Part shown: in pieces, positions 30,655 through 41,000 of the stretch
How the letters are laid out: each line of letters begins with the position of its first letter
How positions within the stretch are numbered: the first letter of the stretch is position 1
NCBI GenBank assembly: GCA_965215015.1
Contig: OZ244042.1
Location: 4,032,001 to 4,096,000 of the forward strand
DNA from: Candidatus Poribacteria bacterium
Lineage (GTDB): Bacteria > Poribacteria > WGA-4E > PCPOR2b
Direction: 5' to 3'
DNA length: 64,000 bases
Made by a program: the position numbers and the translations under genes
The notes under the pieces: generated by a model
Databases searched by the model: none
The model's input: only the letters and a program-made list of their open reading frames with translations
Told to the model about the DNA's origin: nothing

Positions 30655-33198
30655 ATGACACAAGTAACCCGAACTGAATTATCCCCAGATCAGCTCCGTT
30701 TCACATGCGACGAGGCGCAATTCGACTTCGCGTCCACGGCGGAGGTGCTGTCGCTCCCCGAAAGAATGGTAGGACAAGATAGGGCGCTCCGGGCGGTCAA
30801 CTTCGGCGTGTCGATGCCCAATGAAGGGTACAATATTTATGCCATGGGCCCGCCGGGGGCTGGGAAAATGTCATCTATTACCGAATTTCTGTACAGACGT
30901 GCCCGTGAGATGCCACGCCCCGACGATTGGTGCTATGTCATGAATTTTGCCAATCCGGATCGGCCGCACTATCTCAAGCTGCCTTCGGGAGAGGGAGCAG
31001 CGTTCCAAAAGGATATGGAAGGCCTGATTGAGGAATTGCGTCAGGACATCCCCCGCGCCTTGGAAAGCGAGGATTACGAGAACGAGCGAAATCGCATTAT
31101 GCAGGAGGTTCAGCGCAAACAGAATGCCCAATTTTCCCAATTAGACCAAACTGCCCAAGAACAAGGCTTTGTGATCCAAAGGGGGCAGTTCGGCGTGTTC
31201 TTCGTGCCGCTCGTTGATGGCGAGCCAGCAACCGCCCCGGAGCAGTTGACCCAGTTATCTCTCGAACAACGTCATGAGATGGAAAGGCGGGGTGAACAAC
31301 TGCAAACCGAATTGAACCAAACCATGCGAGCGGTGCAGACCATCGTCAAGGAGGGACGAAGCCAACTGGCAGAACTGGAACGGAACATTGTAATGTCTGC
31401 CATTGGTCCCCATATTGAAGAATTAAAAGAAAAATACGCCGCCCGTGTGCCCGTTGTCAGCTATCTGAACGATATGCAGCGGGACATCATCGATCACGGC
31501 AACGCATTTCACGCCAGCAAGGAAGGCGAGCAACAGGCCCCCACCCCCTCTGGGATATTGCAATCCGAAATCTCATTTGACCGCTACAAAGTGAATCTAA
31601 TCGTTGACCATTCCCAGACGGAAGGTGCACCCGTTAAAATCCTAAACAACCCGACGTATCAGAACCTGATTGGACAGGTGGAACGACAGGCACAATTTGG
31701 GGCGTTGATTACCGATTTCACACTGATCAAAGCGGGGGCGTTGCACCGAGCGAATGGTGGCTATCTAGTGGTGGAAGCCTCCCATCTGCTGCGACAGCCG
31801 TTTGCTTATGAAGTATTGAAACGCGCCTTGCACGCCCGGGCGATTCACATCACCGAACTCGGACAGGAGTATAGCCTGATGAGCACGGTTTCCATTGAAC
31901 CGGAGGCAATACCTTTAGATGTCAAGGTGGTGATAATTGGTAACCCGATGTACTATTATCTGTTGCAGGCGTATGACGAGGAATTCGGCGAGCTTTTTAA
32001 GGTGCAGGCGGACTTCGACAGTGTCATGGATCGCACGCCAGAAAACATTGCGAGCTACGTGCAATTTCTCAAAGCAAGATGTGACGATGAAGGTCTGAAG
32101 CATTTTGCGCCTTCGGGTGTGGCGCGGTTGGTCGAGTACAGTGTTGAATTAACCGGCGATCAGGAGAAGTTGAGCACGCAGTTTGCCGAGATTTGTGACC
32201 TTGCCCGCGAAGCCAGCTTTTACGCGGGACAGAACGGGCATTCAGAGGTGCCCCGCGATGCGGTGCAACAGGCTATTACCGAGAAAATCTATCGGTCAAA
32301 CCGTATTGAACAACGCCTCGCTGAAATGATTGAAAAGGGACACATCTTCATTTCAACTGAGGGCGAGGTAGTCGGTCAGGTCAATGGCCTCTCTGTCCTC
32401 GGCCTGGGGAATTATTCCTTCGGTAAGCCATCCCGTATCACAGCTCGAACCTACATGGGCAGCGGTGGGGTAGTTAGCATCGAACGGGAGGTGCGAACTT
32501 CAGGCCCGATTCATAACAAGGGTGTCATGACGTTGACCGGCTACATCAACGGGAAGTACGGTCAGGATCAACCGATTTCGATGTCTGCCCAACTCAGTTT
32601 TGAGCAGTTGTATGAAGGTGTTGAAGGTGATAGCGCGTCATCAACAGAACTGTACGCGCTCTTGTCATCGCTTTCCGGTTTTCCAATCAAGCAAGGGTTC
32701 GCCGTCACCGGATCCGTGAATCAACACGGCGAGATCCAGCCTATCGGCGGTGCGACGGAGAAGATTACCGGCTTTTATGAAGTTTGCAAAACCTTCGGAT
32801 TCACCAGCGACCAGGGCGTGTTGATTCCGCGGACTAATATAAAAAATCTGATGCTCAAAGCAGAGATTGTTGAAGCGGTGCGCGCAGGGAAATTCCATAT
32901 CTATCCGGTCGAAACCATTGATGTGGGCATCGAAATCCTAACAGGGGTACCGGCAGGGGCACGCGATGAAGATGGTAATTACCCAGCAGGTACGGTCAAT
33001 TGGGCGGTAGAAAAACGCTTAAACCAATTCGCCGCAGGGTGGAAGGCGTTCCAGTCGGATAAGGAGACAGCGGCGGAGAAATCCGACAATGAGGAAGAAG
33101 AAACCAATATACCTGAACCACCCAAAGAAGATGCCGGCATTCTCAGGAAGGTGTTTTCTTGGTGGGGCCGCGAGAAGGGAGACACCCGATGCGAATAA
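30655..33198 (+). CDS. Lon-like protease (LonC/AAA_32 type)
   Basis: GQDRA, GPPGAGK, DWCYVMNF, GALHRANGGYL, GQVNGL, catalytic EGDSAS, TGSVNQ.GEIQPIGG.TEKI motifs. Confidence 0.93.
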   Translation: MTQVTRTELSPDQLRFTCDEAQFDFASTAEVLSLPERMVGQDRALRAVNFGVSMPNEGYNIYAMGPPGAGKMSSITEFLYRRAREMPRPDDWCYVMNFANPDRPHYLKLPSGEGAAFQKDMEGLIEELRQDIPRALESEDYENERNRIMQEVQRKQNAQFSQLDQTAQEQGFVIQRGQFGVFFVPLVDGEPATAPEQLTQLSLEQRHEMERRGEQLQTELNQTMRAVQTIVKEGRSQLAELERNIVMSAIGPHIEELKEKYAARVPVVSYLNDMQRDIIDHGNAFHASKEGEQQAPTPSGILQSEISFDRYKVNLIVDHSQTEGAPVKILNNPTYQNLIGQVERQAQFGALITDFTLIKAGALHRANGGYLVVEASHLLRQPFAYEVLKRALHARAIHITELGQEYSLMSTVSIEPEAIPLDVKVVIIGNPMYYYLLQAYDEEFGELFKVQADFDSVMDRTPENIASYVQFLKARCDDEGLKHFAPSGVARLVEYSVELTGDQEKLSTQFAEICDLAREASFYAGQNGHSEVPRDAVQQAITEKIYRSNRIEQRLAEMIEKGHIFISTEGEVVGQVNGLSVLGLGNYSFGKPSRITARTYMGSGGVVSIEREVRTSGPIHNKGVMTLTGYINGKYGQDQPISMSAQLSFEQLYEGVEGDSASSTELYALLSSLSGFPIKQGFAVTGSVNQHGEIQPIGGATEKITGFYEVCKTFGFTSDQGVLIPRTNIKNLMLKAEIVEAVRAGKFHIYPVETIDVGIEILTGVPAGARDEDGNYPAGTVNWAVEKRLNQFAAGWKAFQSDKETAAEKSDNEEEETNIPEPPKEDAGILRKVFSWWGREKGDTRCE

Positions 33199-33602
33199 AG
33201 TTGTGGGACCCGTTGCAGGAATTGGCTGAATTTGAGCGGACCGTCGACCGGCTGTTGGGCCGAGGTCGCCACCGGATGAGTTACGGCTATCCGCCGATTG
33301 ATCTCATGGATACCGGAGCCGCATTTGTGCTGTCGGCGCGCCTGCCCGGCGTCTCGACAGACCAGATTCGCCTCTCGGTTTCCGGCACGACGGTCACACT
33401 TGAGGGACAGCGTGAGCCGATGGTCATGGAAGGCGCAACCCCGATTTTGCGTGAACGCCTCTACGGGCAGTTTCGCAAAAGCATTGACTTACCCGAACCG
33501 GTACACGAGGAAGAAGTCAAGGCACAATACACCGATGGCATCTTGCAGGTGACGCTACCCAAAGGCCGTCAGCTTCAGCCGAAAACCATCCCAATCCAGT
33601 AA
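33189..33602 (+). CDS. Hsp20/alpha-crystallin small heat-shock protein
   Basis: PPIDL, LPGV, RERLYGQFRKSIDLP and AQYTDGILQVTLPK motifs. Confidence 0.9.
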   Translation: MRIKLWDPLQELAEFERTVDRLLGRGRHRMSYGYPPIDLMDTGAAFVLSARLPGVSTDQIRLSVSGTTVTLEGQREPMVMEGATPILRERLYGQFRKSIDLPEPVHEEEVKAQYTDGILQVTLPKGRQLQPKTIPIQ

Positions 33603-33630
33603 TACTAAATACGTACAAGGAGAACTAAAG

Positions 33631-33999
33631 ATGCTGACTTTCAATCTCTCGAGGGAACCGGCGCGACAGTCCCTGACACCGTTTGTTGATATTTACGAGC
33701 TGCCCAACCGCGTGGTCGTGCTAGCGGATATGCCTGGCGTTTCCAAAGCAGGTGTGGATATTCGGGTGATTGATAACCGCCTGATGATTCGTGGGCAATG
33801 CCCTATGAGAAGGGATGGGGTTTGCCTAATTGGGGAATGCGCCCACTACGACTATTATCGCTCCATAAAACTGTCCGCCGCCATTGATGCCGAAAACATA
33901 CAGGCGGAGATGAAGGATGGCGTCCTCACATCGATCTTACCCAAACGGCGGTTGGGCAGGTCGGTCGAGGCGTCAATTTCCATTGAGGACGAGCTTTAA
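33631..33999 (+). CDS. Hsp20/alpha-crystallin small heat-shock protein
   Basis: PFVDIYE, ADMPGV and IQAEMKDGVLT.ILPK motifs. Confidence 0.88.
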   Translation: MLTFNLSREPARQSLTPFVDIYELPNRVVVLADMPGVSKAGVDIRVIDNRLMIRGQCPMRRDGVCLIGECAHYDYYRSIKLSAAIDAENIQAEMKDGVLTSILPKRRLGRSVEASISIEDEL

Positions 34000-34107
34000 T
34001 GCTTTAATGACGACAAGCATTGGAGCTTGGCACAAGAGGAATCAAAACTCAATAACGCTTCGTGCATCGGCGGTGTCCCAAAAGCTGATACCATATTTTT
34101 GGAATGC

Positions 34108-34566
34108 TTATTTACGTGGCAAATGGATCAAACCGTGTCGTCGTGTTGACCATTCCTGGGCAACAATACGGAAAATATCGGATTCTGTAATGATACCAAC
34201 AAGGCTTCCACCTTCGGGGTCAACAACAGGTAGACCGCTAATCTTGTTTTCAAGCATCTTCTGCGCTGCCTTGCCAATCGTCGCATCCTCAGCAATCGTT
34301 ATTGGATTAGGTGTCATTACTTCCTCCACCGTGATCTGTTCCAGCTTTTGAGAGAGCGTCTGTTCCCTATCGGTTAATAAATCAAACGGTTTCACTCGAT
34401 ATAGATCGCTCAAAGTCAGGATGCCAACGAGCTGACGGGAAGCAACGACCGGCAGCCGCCGAACACGGTCACCAATCATCAATTGATATGCTTCGATAAT
34501 CTCTGTTTCCGGGTTGACTGTGCTCAAGTCTTGCGACATCCAATTCCGAACCAATGTATGAATCAT
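34108..34566 (-). CDS. CBS-domain pair protein
   Basis: VRNWMS, VRRLPVV..LVGILT.SD, VEEVMTPNPITI and ISGLPVVD..LVGIITESDI motifs. Confidence 0.92.
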   Translation of the reverse strand: MIHTLVRNWMSQDLSTVNPETEIIEAYQLMIGDRVRRLPVVASRQLVGILTLSDLYRVKPFDLLTDREQTLSQKLEQITVEEVMTPNPITIAEDATIGKAAQKMLENKISGLPVVDPEGGSLVGIITESDIFRIVAQEWSTRRHGLIHLPRK

Positions 34567-34635
34567 TTTGAAACTCCTTTCTCGCCATTGCTATCGTACC
34601 GAGTCGGTTGCGGTTTCCTACCTTCCTAATGATTG

Positions 34636-34651
34636 AGCAAAAGTGATGCCA
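34636..34651 (-). promoter_or_regulatory. Sigma54 (-24/-12) promoter of the CBS gene
   Basis: Minus strand reads TGGCATCACTTTTGCT, an exact GG-N10-GC, ~70 bp upstream of the ATG. Confidence 0.75.
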
Positions 34652-34658
34652 GTCAAGA

Positions 34659-34864
34659 TTGCCGTACTCCCAACCCTAAAGGCTTGGGATTCTTACTTGT
34701 TTCTTTAGAGTGGAATTGCTCTATCCTGTCTGTTAGGTTTCACCTAACGAACAGTCTGACAACCGTCAAAGTGAGCCATTGGAAGATGGGCTTACTACTT
34801 CTCCTGAGAGGGTGAACGCCTCCACCCGAAAGATATTGACCTCGGCGTTGCAACCTCTATCTAA
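34659..34864 (-). mobile_element. Remnant of an IS200/IS605 element: tnpB 3' end, omega-RNA region and right end
   Basis: Minus strand translates LDRGCNAEVNIFRVEAFTL (cf. TnpB RuvC-III DRDxNAAxNI) and ends GAATCCCAAGCCTTTAGGGTTGGGAGTACGGCAA. Confidence 0.7.
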
Positions 34865-34868
34865 CTGA

Positions 34869-35021
34869 GAGGTGCTCATAATTATTGTATGAATCACGGA
34901 TTAAACTGATGAAGCGGATGGCACGGATACAGATATTGGTTTCAGACGGTAGATGGGGCAAGATGCCCCACCTATGGGGTCGGGTATATTTTGTTGTTCC
35001 CTATTCGGGGTGGGAGTTTAA
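34869..35021. repeat. Family B repeat, truncating the tnpB remnant
   Basis: ~150 bp homologous to the reverse complement of ~11572-11722. Confidence 0.65.
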
Positions 35022-35512
35022 TCGGATTGTCTTTCTGTTTTTCATATTTGTCTGACTGGAATGTGGGAGACCCTATTGTGTGATAGGGATCAGATTCTCC
35101 CACGAAAGACAAAAGAAGTATACCCTATTTAGCCTGCAAATTCAACCGTTTTTGCTTAACAACACGCTTTGGCTGACTACAAAGATTATTAGGTACCACC
35201 TAACAATCTTTTCCCGCCTAAAGGTTTGGGCTGCGGGGACTTGTCAGCAAGATTTGATAATTTTGGCTAAAAGCCATGTCGAATTTACATCACTACTTGG
35301 GAGGTAACATCAATCAAGAGGCGGAGATAGCAGCGAAACGGGTTTTAAGTAATCCCAAAATACTGGTCTTCAGATATGGTCACTCTGTCTGCATTTATAA
35401 CGATTAGACTCTGCATTAAAATGCCGGTCTTAGGCAGCCCTTGTGTTACTGGACTCAATCCCTATTTGGGCTAGTACCACCTGTATTATGCCCTCGACGT
35501 TTCATGTTCCAA

Positions 35513-35610
35513 TTTTGACAAAATGTCAATCTGATTTTGGAAAAATCGAGGGTTTTTGACAAAATGTCAGATGAAAATGTGGATATATTGCTATTTTTGA
35601 CAAAATGTCA
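35513..35610. promoter_or_regulatory. Three identical sites TTTTGACAAAATGTCA with palindromic core; putative enhancer (UAS) for the sigma54 activator
   Basis: Exact 16-mers at 35513, 35554 and 35595 (41-bp period), about 135-230 bp upstream of a sigma54 promoter. Confidence 0.75.
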
Positions 35611-35745
35611 ATTTTGGCGGATTTTCTCCTGACTTTTTCCAGTATCTGAAACGTTCAGCGCGAGAAGTTGAAATGTCCGATGAAGCCTTACGGTTTTTAC
35701 CTTCCTCGCCTCATTCTCTCCCTCCACTTTATCAATCCACTATCA

Positions 35746-35761
35746 TGGCATAGTGATTGCA
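35746..35761 (+). promoter_or_regulatory. Sigma54 (-24/-12) promoter of the nos operon
   Basis: TGGCATAGTGATTGCA, an exact GG-N10-GC. Confidence 0.8.
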
Positions 35762-36010
35762 CATATTACACACTAGGGACCTATGCCCGGAGCACGGTTC
35801 AAAATGCGCTGGGGCATATTAATCTCCACAATGAGTAGATAGGGGCTTTTTTCTGAATTTAACGCAAGGACGCGGGGTCACAAGCCTCCCCTTACAAAAT
35901 GGAAAACCGGAAGACACTTCTCTGGTTTTCCCGTTTTCTTTGCGTCCAAGCGTCTTATTAAAAGCCTGTAACGACTTATTCCGTTAATCTTTACAAAGGA
36001 GAAAATCACC

Positions 36011-38005
36011 ATGCAACACACAATTCAGCGACACCCGCTTTCAATGCTAGGACTTGCAATACTTGGCGTGATTCTATACTTGGGCAGCTCCCAGTCTTTA
36101 CATGCACAGCTTCCCGCCGATGCGATGCGCATCGCGCAGGAACGTAGTTTAACCCCTGATGACATCAAAGCTGCCTTGGCAACCTATACTCCCACCGGCA
36201 GGCATGATGAGTATGTGATGTTTTCTTCGGGGGGGCATAGTGGGCAGGTCATTGTTGTTGGTTTGCCCTCAATGCGTATCCTGAAGGTCATTGCGGTCTT
36301 TACGCCTGATCCGTGGCAGGGGTACGGTTACGGAGTGAAGGATTCGCCCTTAGACACTTCAAGCGAGGGGGTGACTGTCGATGGACAATCCCTGACTTGG
36401 GCGGATACCCACCATCCCGCATTAAGTGAAACTCAGGGTGATTACGACGGTGAGTACCTGTTCATCAACGACAAAGCCAATGGCCGGATTGCGGTCATTG
36501 ATTTGAAGGATTTTGAAACAAAACAGATTATCAAGAACCCAATCTTCCTCAACGATCACGGTGCAACAATGGTAACCCCGGATACTGAGTATGTGGTGGA
36601 AGGCTCACAGTACGCCATGCCGCTAGGTAATGAATATGCTCCCATTGCCAACTACAAAGAAAAGTATCGAGGGTTGATGACCTTCTGGAAATTTGACCGT
36701 AGCAAAGGGCGTGTTGTCAAAGATGAGTCGTTTGGAGTTGAACTTCCACCTTACTGGCAAGACCTCGCAGATGCTGGAAAGTTGACGAGCGATGGTTGGG
36801 TCTTCTGCGGTTCGTTTAACTCTGAGTTAGCAACCGGGGGCATCGAAAATGGAAATCCTCCCTTTGAGGCAGGCACAGCTGAACGGGATATGGATTATCT
36901 GCATCTCATCAATTGGCGCAAAGCCGAGGCGGCCTTTAAGGCAAGTAAGGTCAAGAAAATTAAGGGCTTCCCGGTGATTACAATAGAGACTGCCGTTGCT
37001 GAAGGTATTCTTTATCTGACGCCTGAACCCAAGAGCCCACACGGTGTTGATGTTAGCCCCAGTGGAAACTACATTATTGTTTCGGGCAAGCTGGATCCGC
37101 ACGTCACAGTATATCACATTGATAAAATTAAGAAGGCCATTACCGACAAAGATTATGAAGGTATAGATGAGTACGGTATACCAATCTTACGATTTGATGC
37201 AGTCAAGGAAGCGCAGATAGAGGTTGGATTGGGCCCCCTTCATACCCAATTCGATAATAAGGGGTATGCCTACACCAGTCTGTTTCTTGACAGTGCGGTT
37301 GCACGATGGACATTGGGTCCAGATGCGAAATATAAAGCTCCGGAGCGTCCATGGAGACTTATCCAGCAGCTGCCCGTCCATTACAACATAGGACATCTCG
37401 TGGCTGCAGAGGGTGACACGGTTGACCCGGATGGAAAGTATCTCGTTTCTCTTAACAAATGGGCGGTAGACCGTTTCCTGAATGTGGGACCGCTACTTCC
37501 ACAGAACCTTCAATTGGTTGATATATCCCAAGAGGGCGATGGCATGGGCTTGCTCTATGACATGCCACTGGGCATTGGTGAACCTCACTATGCACAAATT
37601 ATCAAAGCGGATAAGCTGAAGGCATGGGAGGTTTATCCTGAAGTTGGCTGGGATACTATCAAGCAACAGAAGCATCCGAAAGCATCGCTCAAAGGTTCAA
37701 TTCAGCGGAATGGAGACACAGTGGAAGTCTTCATGACCGCTATTCGTAGTCACTATGAACCTGAGATTGTAGAGGTCAACAAAGGCGATCGCGTGATATT
37801 GAATCTCACCAATCTTGAACGAACCTACGATGCGACGCACGGCTTCGCCCTACCCGGCTATAATATCACCTCAAGTATTGAGGCTGGTGAGACCGTCACG
37901 CTCGATTTTGTTGCCAATAAGGAGGGCGTCTTTTCCTTTTACTGTACCGAGTTCTGCTCAGCACTCCATCTGGAAATGGCAGGATATTTCCTTGTCAAAC
38001 CGTGA
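36011..38005 (+). CDS. nosZ: Nitrous-oxide reductase, clade II (Sec-dependent)
   Basis: FSSGGHSGQ, DTHHP, INDKAN.RIA, KSPHGVDV, LGPLHTQF, HYNIGH and EPHY motifs; CuA site THGF...CTEFCSALHLEM; signal peptide lacks twin arginines. Confidence 0.97.
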   Translation: MQHTIQRHPLSMLGLAILGVILYLGSSQSLHAQLPADAMRIAQERSLTPDDIKAALATYTPTGRHDEYVMFSSGGHSGQVIVVGLPSMRILKVIAVFTPDPWQGYGYGVKDSPLDTSSEGVTVDGQSLTWADTHHPALSETQGDYDGEYLFINDKANGRIAVIDLKDFETKQIIKNPIFLNDHGATMVTPDTEYVVEGSQYAMPLGNEYAPIANYKEKYRGLMTFWKFDRSKGRVVKDESFGVELPPYWQDLADAGKLTSDGWVFCGSFNSELATGGIENGNPPFEAGTAERDMDYLHLINWRKAEAAFKASKVKKIKGFPVITIETAVAEGILYLTPEPKSPHGVDVSPSGNYIIVSGKLDPHVTVYHIDKIKKAITDKDYEGIDEYGIPILRFDAVKEAQIEVGLGPLHTQFDNKGYAYTSLFLDSAVARWTLGPDAKYKAPERPWRLIQQLPVHYNIGHLVAAEGDTVDPDGKYLVSLNKWAVDRFLNVGPLLPQNLQLVDISQEGDGMGLLYDMPLGIGEPHYAQIIKADKLKAWEVYPEVGWDTIKQQKHPKASLKGSIQRNGDTVEVFMTAIRSHYEPEIVEVNKGDRVILNLTNLERTYDATHGFALPGYNITSSIEAGETVTLDFVANKEGVFSFYCTEFCSALHLEMAGYFLVKP

Positions 38006-38069
38006 GAACGAACCGTGAAGTATGTAATCATGCTTCACGGTTCACATTTCATGTATAGGGGAAGTGATT

Positions 38070-41000
38070 ATGCTTCTAAGAGTTGAACGCCCCCGGCGCG
38101 AGTGGTTGGTAAGTGCGTTGCTAATTGTCGCAGGTATCCTGCTGCTCGTTTCGTTGCTTTTTCCCTACTGGCGCGTAGATCTTGAAGCGGGCATTTATCC
38201 GAAAGGATTAACGCTCCAACTTCGTCCCTACCGTCTTGAGGGAGATATCACAGAAATCGATGAACTGAACCATTATATCGGGATGCGAGCGCTAGAGTCC
38301 GCGGGAAAACTGGAGCGAACGATTGCTATTCCCTTAATCATCACTGCGGGCTTATGCCTGCTAATTGCGGGCTTGGTTCCCCGGAAATGGTCAATGTGGC
38401 TGACACTCCCCGGCTTAGTGTTCCCGGTTGTTTTTTTAGGTGAATTGTATTGGTGGTTGGCAGATAGTGGTCTACATCTTGATCCAAAGGCACCACTCAA
38501 CCAATCAATAAAACCGTTCATCCCACCTATTTTTGGGGAGGGACGAATCGCACAGTTCAACGCAAATGCTTCCTTTCAGATTGGATTTTACCTTGCGCTG
38601 CTTGGGGCGGTATTATCAAGGGCGGCATTCTATCTGAAAAAGCCAGAATGGTTAGCAAAAGGATTAATAATTGATGCATCAGTGCTGTTAGTTATTTCGC
38701 TGCTTTTCCCTTACTGGCGCGTAGATTTTGAGTCGCGAAAATTTCCGAAAGGCGCTATACTTCAGATTCGACCGAACCGTATAGAAGGAAATATCCGAGA
38801 AGTGGACAAGCTGAATCGCGATATTGGAATGCGGGATATTGAATCGGCGGGACAATTTGAACGGAAGATTGCCATTCCATCTATTGTAGTTGTGGCATTA
38901 TGTTTGTTGAGTTCAGTCTTTGTGCCGCGAAAATGGTCATCTTGGTTGGCGTTACCCGCCCTAATTTTCCCAATCGTTTTTGTTGGCGCGCTCTATGGGT
39001 GGCTGCGCGACAGTGGACTCAATCTTGATCCCGAAGTCGCGCTCTACCCGGACATCGAACCCTTCATCCCTCCAGTCGTCGGCACGAAAACAGTCAAATC
39101 GGTCACCACGACCTCGACATTTCAGATTGGGTTTTACTTCACCATTTTGACCGCTCTGCTATCTATCTTTGCACTTCTACTCAAAAGAAGATACCGAGTC
39201 TTTCATCCCAAGCAAACGATGATAGGAATTGCTTTGGCCATATCTCTACTTTTAGCCCCTTCAGCTTCCATCGCTGCAACTCTTACAATTGACGCAAGCT
39301 CCAGCATTAGCGACACGATAAAACGTGCTGCACATGGCGATACAATTATTGTGAAAGGTGGGGTTTATAATGAGCGATTCGCCCTCAATAAATCCGTAAC
39401 CCTCCGCGGAGAAGATGGAGCAGTCATTGACGGAGGGGGAGTTGGTAGTGTCATTACAGTCAGTGCACCAGCCACGGTTGTCCGTGGATTCACAATTCGG
39501 AATACCGGCGACCGGCTCTCTGAAGGTGATGCCGGGATTATGATTAAAAAAGCGAAGGGCGTAATTATTGAAGGAAACCGAGTTGAGGATGCTTTATTCG
39601 GGGTTCAAGTGCGAAATGCCCCGGATAGCATCGTCCGAAATAATACCTTCTACGGTAAGGACCTGGATGTAGGACGTCGGGGCGATCTGATTCGTGTCTG
39701 GTATAGCAGTGGTGCGGTGGTCGAAGATAACCGTGTCTTTGATGGTCGTGATGTCGTCATCTGGTATTCAAAAGGCGTCACAGTTCGTAGGAATGAGGTT
39801 CGCAACGGACGTTACGGCATTCACTTCATGTATTGCGACGATGCGACGATTGAAGATAATCGTCTGATCGGCAACTCGGTTGGGGTTTATTTAATGTATA
39901 GTTACCGTTTGCAGCTCCAGAAAAACTGGGTGATAACCAATCGTGGTGCTAGTGGCTACGGGATTGGGCAGAAGGATATGTACGACGGGCTTATCGCTGA
40001 CAATTTCGTTGCAGACAATCGGGCGGGAATGTTCATGGACAATTCGACGAACACTTTTCGCAATAACCTAATCGCTTTTAATGATTTTGGAATGCTTGCA
40101 CTCCCGTCCGCTCGGAAGAACACTTTTGCTGGGAATAGTTTTGTTGACAACGGCGAACAGGTGACTATTGAGGGGCAGGGACGGCTTGGCACCAACCAAT
40201 GGATTGGCAATTACTGGAGTGATTACAACGGTTACGATGCAAATGGGGATGGAGTCGGGGACATGCCCTATCGGTCAGTACATCTTTTTGAGAAGCTAAC
40301 CGAGCAGTATCGCGCGTTACGAATTTTCACCTATAGCCCATCAGTGCAGGCACTTGATTTTGCCTCCCGGCTCTTTCCTGTTTTTATGCCTCAACCGAAG
40401 CTGGTGGATGACAGTCCGCGTATGCGTCCCGTGATGCCCAATCTCAAAGCACCGAAAGGGAAGCTATCATCGGCATGGCTGTTGGGGGCTTCGGCGTTAT
40501 TTCTTTCGGCTCTATCCATCGCCGGTCACTTGAACAGATGGTTACAGCCTCTTGTGGATCGCTTCCTATACCTTACCAGGCCTCAAGACTCAAAACACAA
40601 AGCACCATGTGAATCGTATAACACGCGACTAGTTCCGACTATATCCGTCGATCATTTGACTAAACGTTTTGGTAAAGCGACTGCGGTAGAACGATTGAGT
40701 TTCGATATATCCCCCGGAGAAACGGTAGCGTTGTGGGGTCCAAACGGTGCCGGTAAAACAACTGCCTTGCGTTGTGTGTTGGGAGTATTGCCTTTCGATG
40801 GAACGATTACAGTTGGTGGCAATTCGTCGCGTACCGAAGGCAAAATGGTTCGCCAACAGATTGGTTACGTTCCACAGGAGGTCCGTCTCCACAGCGACTT
40901 GACAGTGCAGGGAACAGTTTCATTTTATGCCCGCCTGCGAAATGTTTCTAGAGATCGGTTGACAACCTTGATGGCTGAGTGGAATTTAGCAGGGATTGCG

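Noticed and set aside
35513-35610. Mini CRISPR array
   Set aside because: Repeats are only 16 bp with 25-bp spacers, there are no cas genes, and the position upstream of a sigma54 promoter fits an enhancer better.
35880-35910. Moco-riboswitch-like GCCTCCC...GGAAA in the nosZ leader
   Set aside because: The remaining consensus is absent and NosZ is a copper enzyme.
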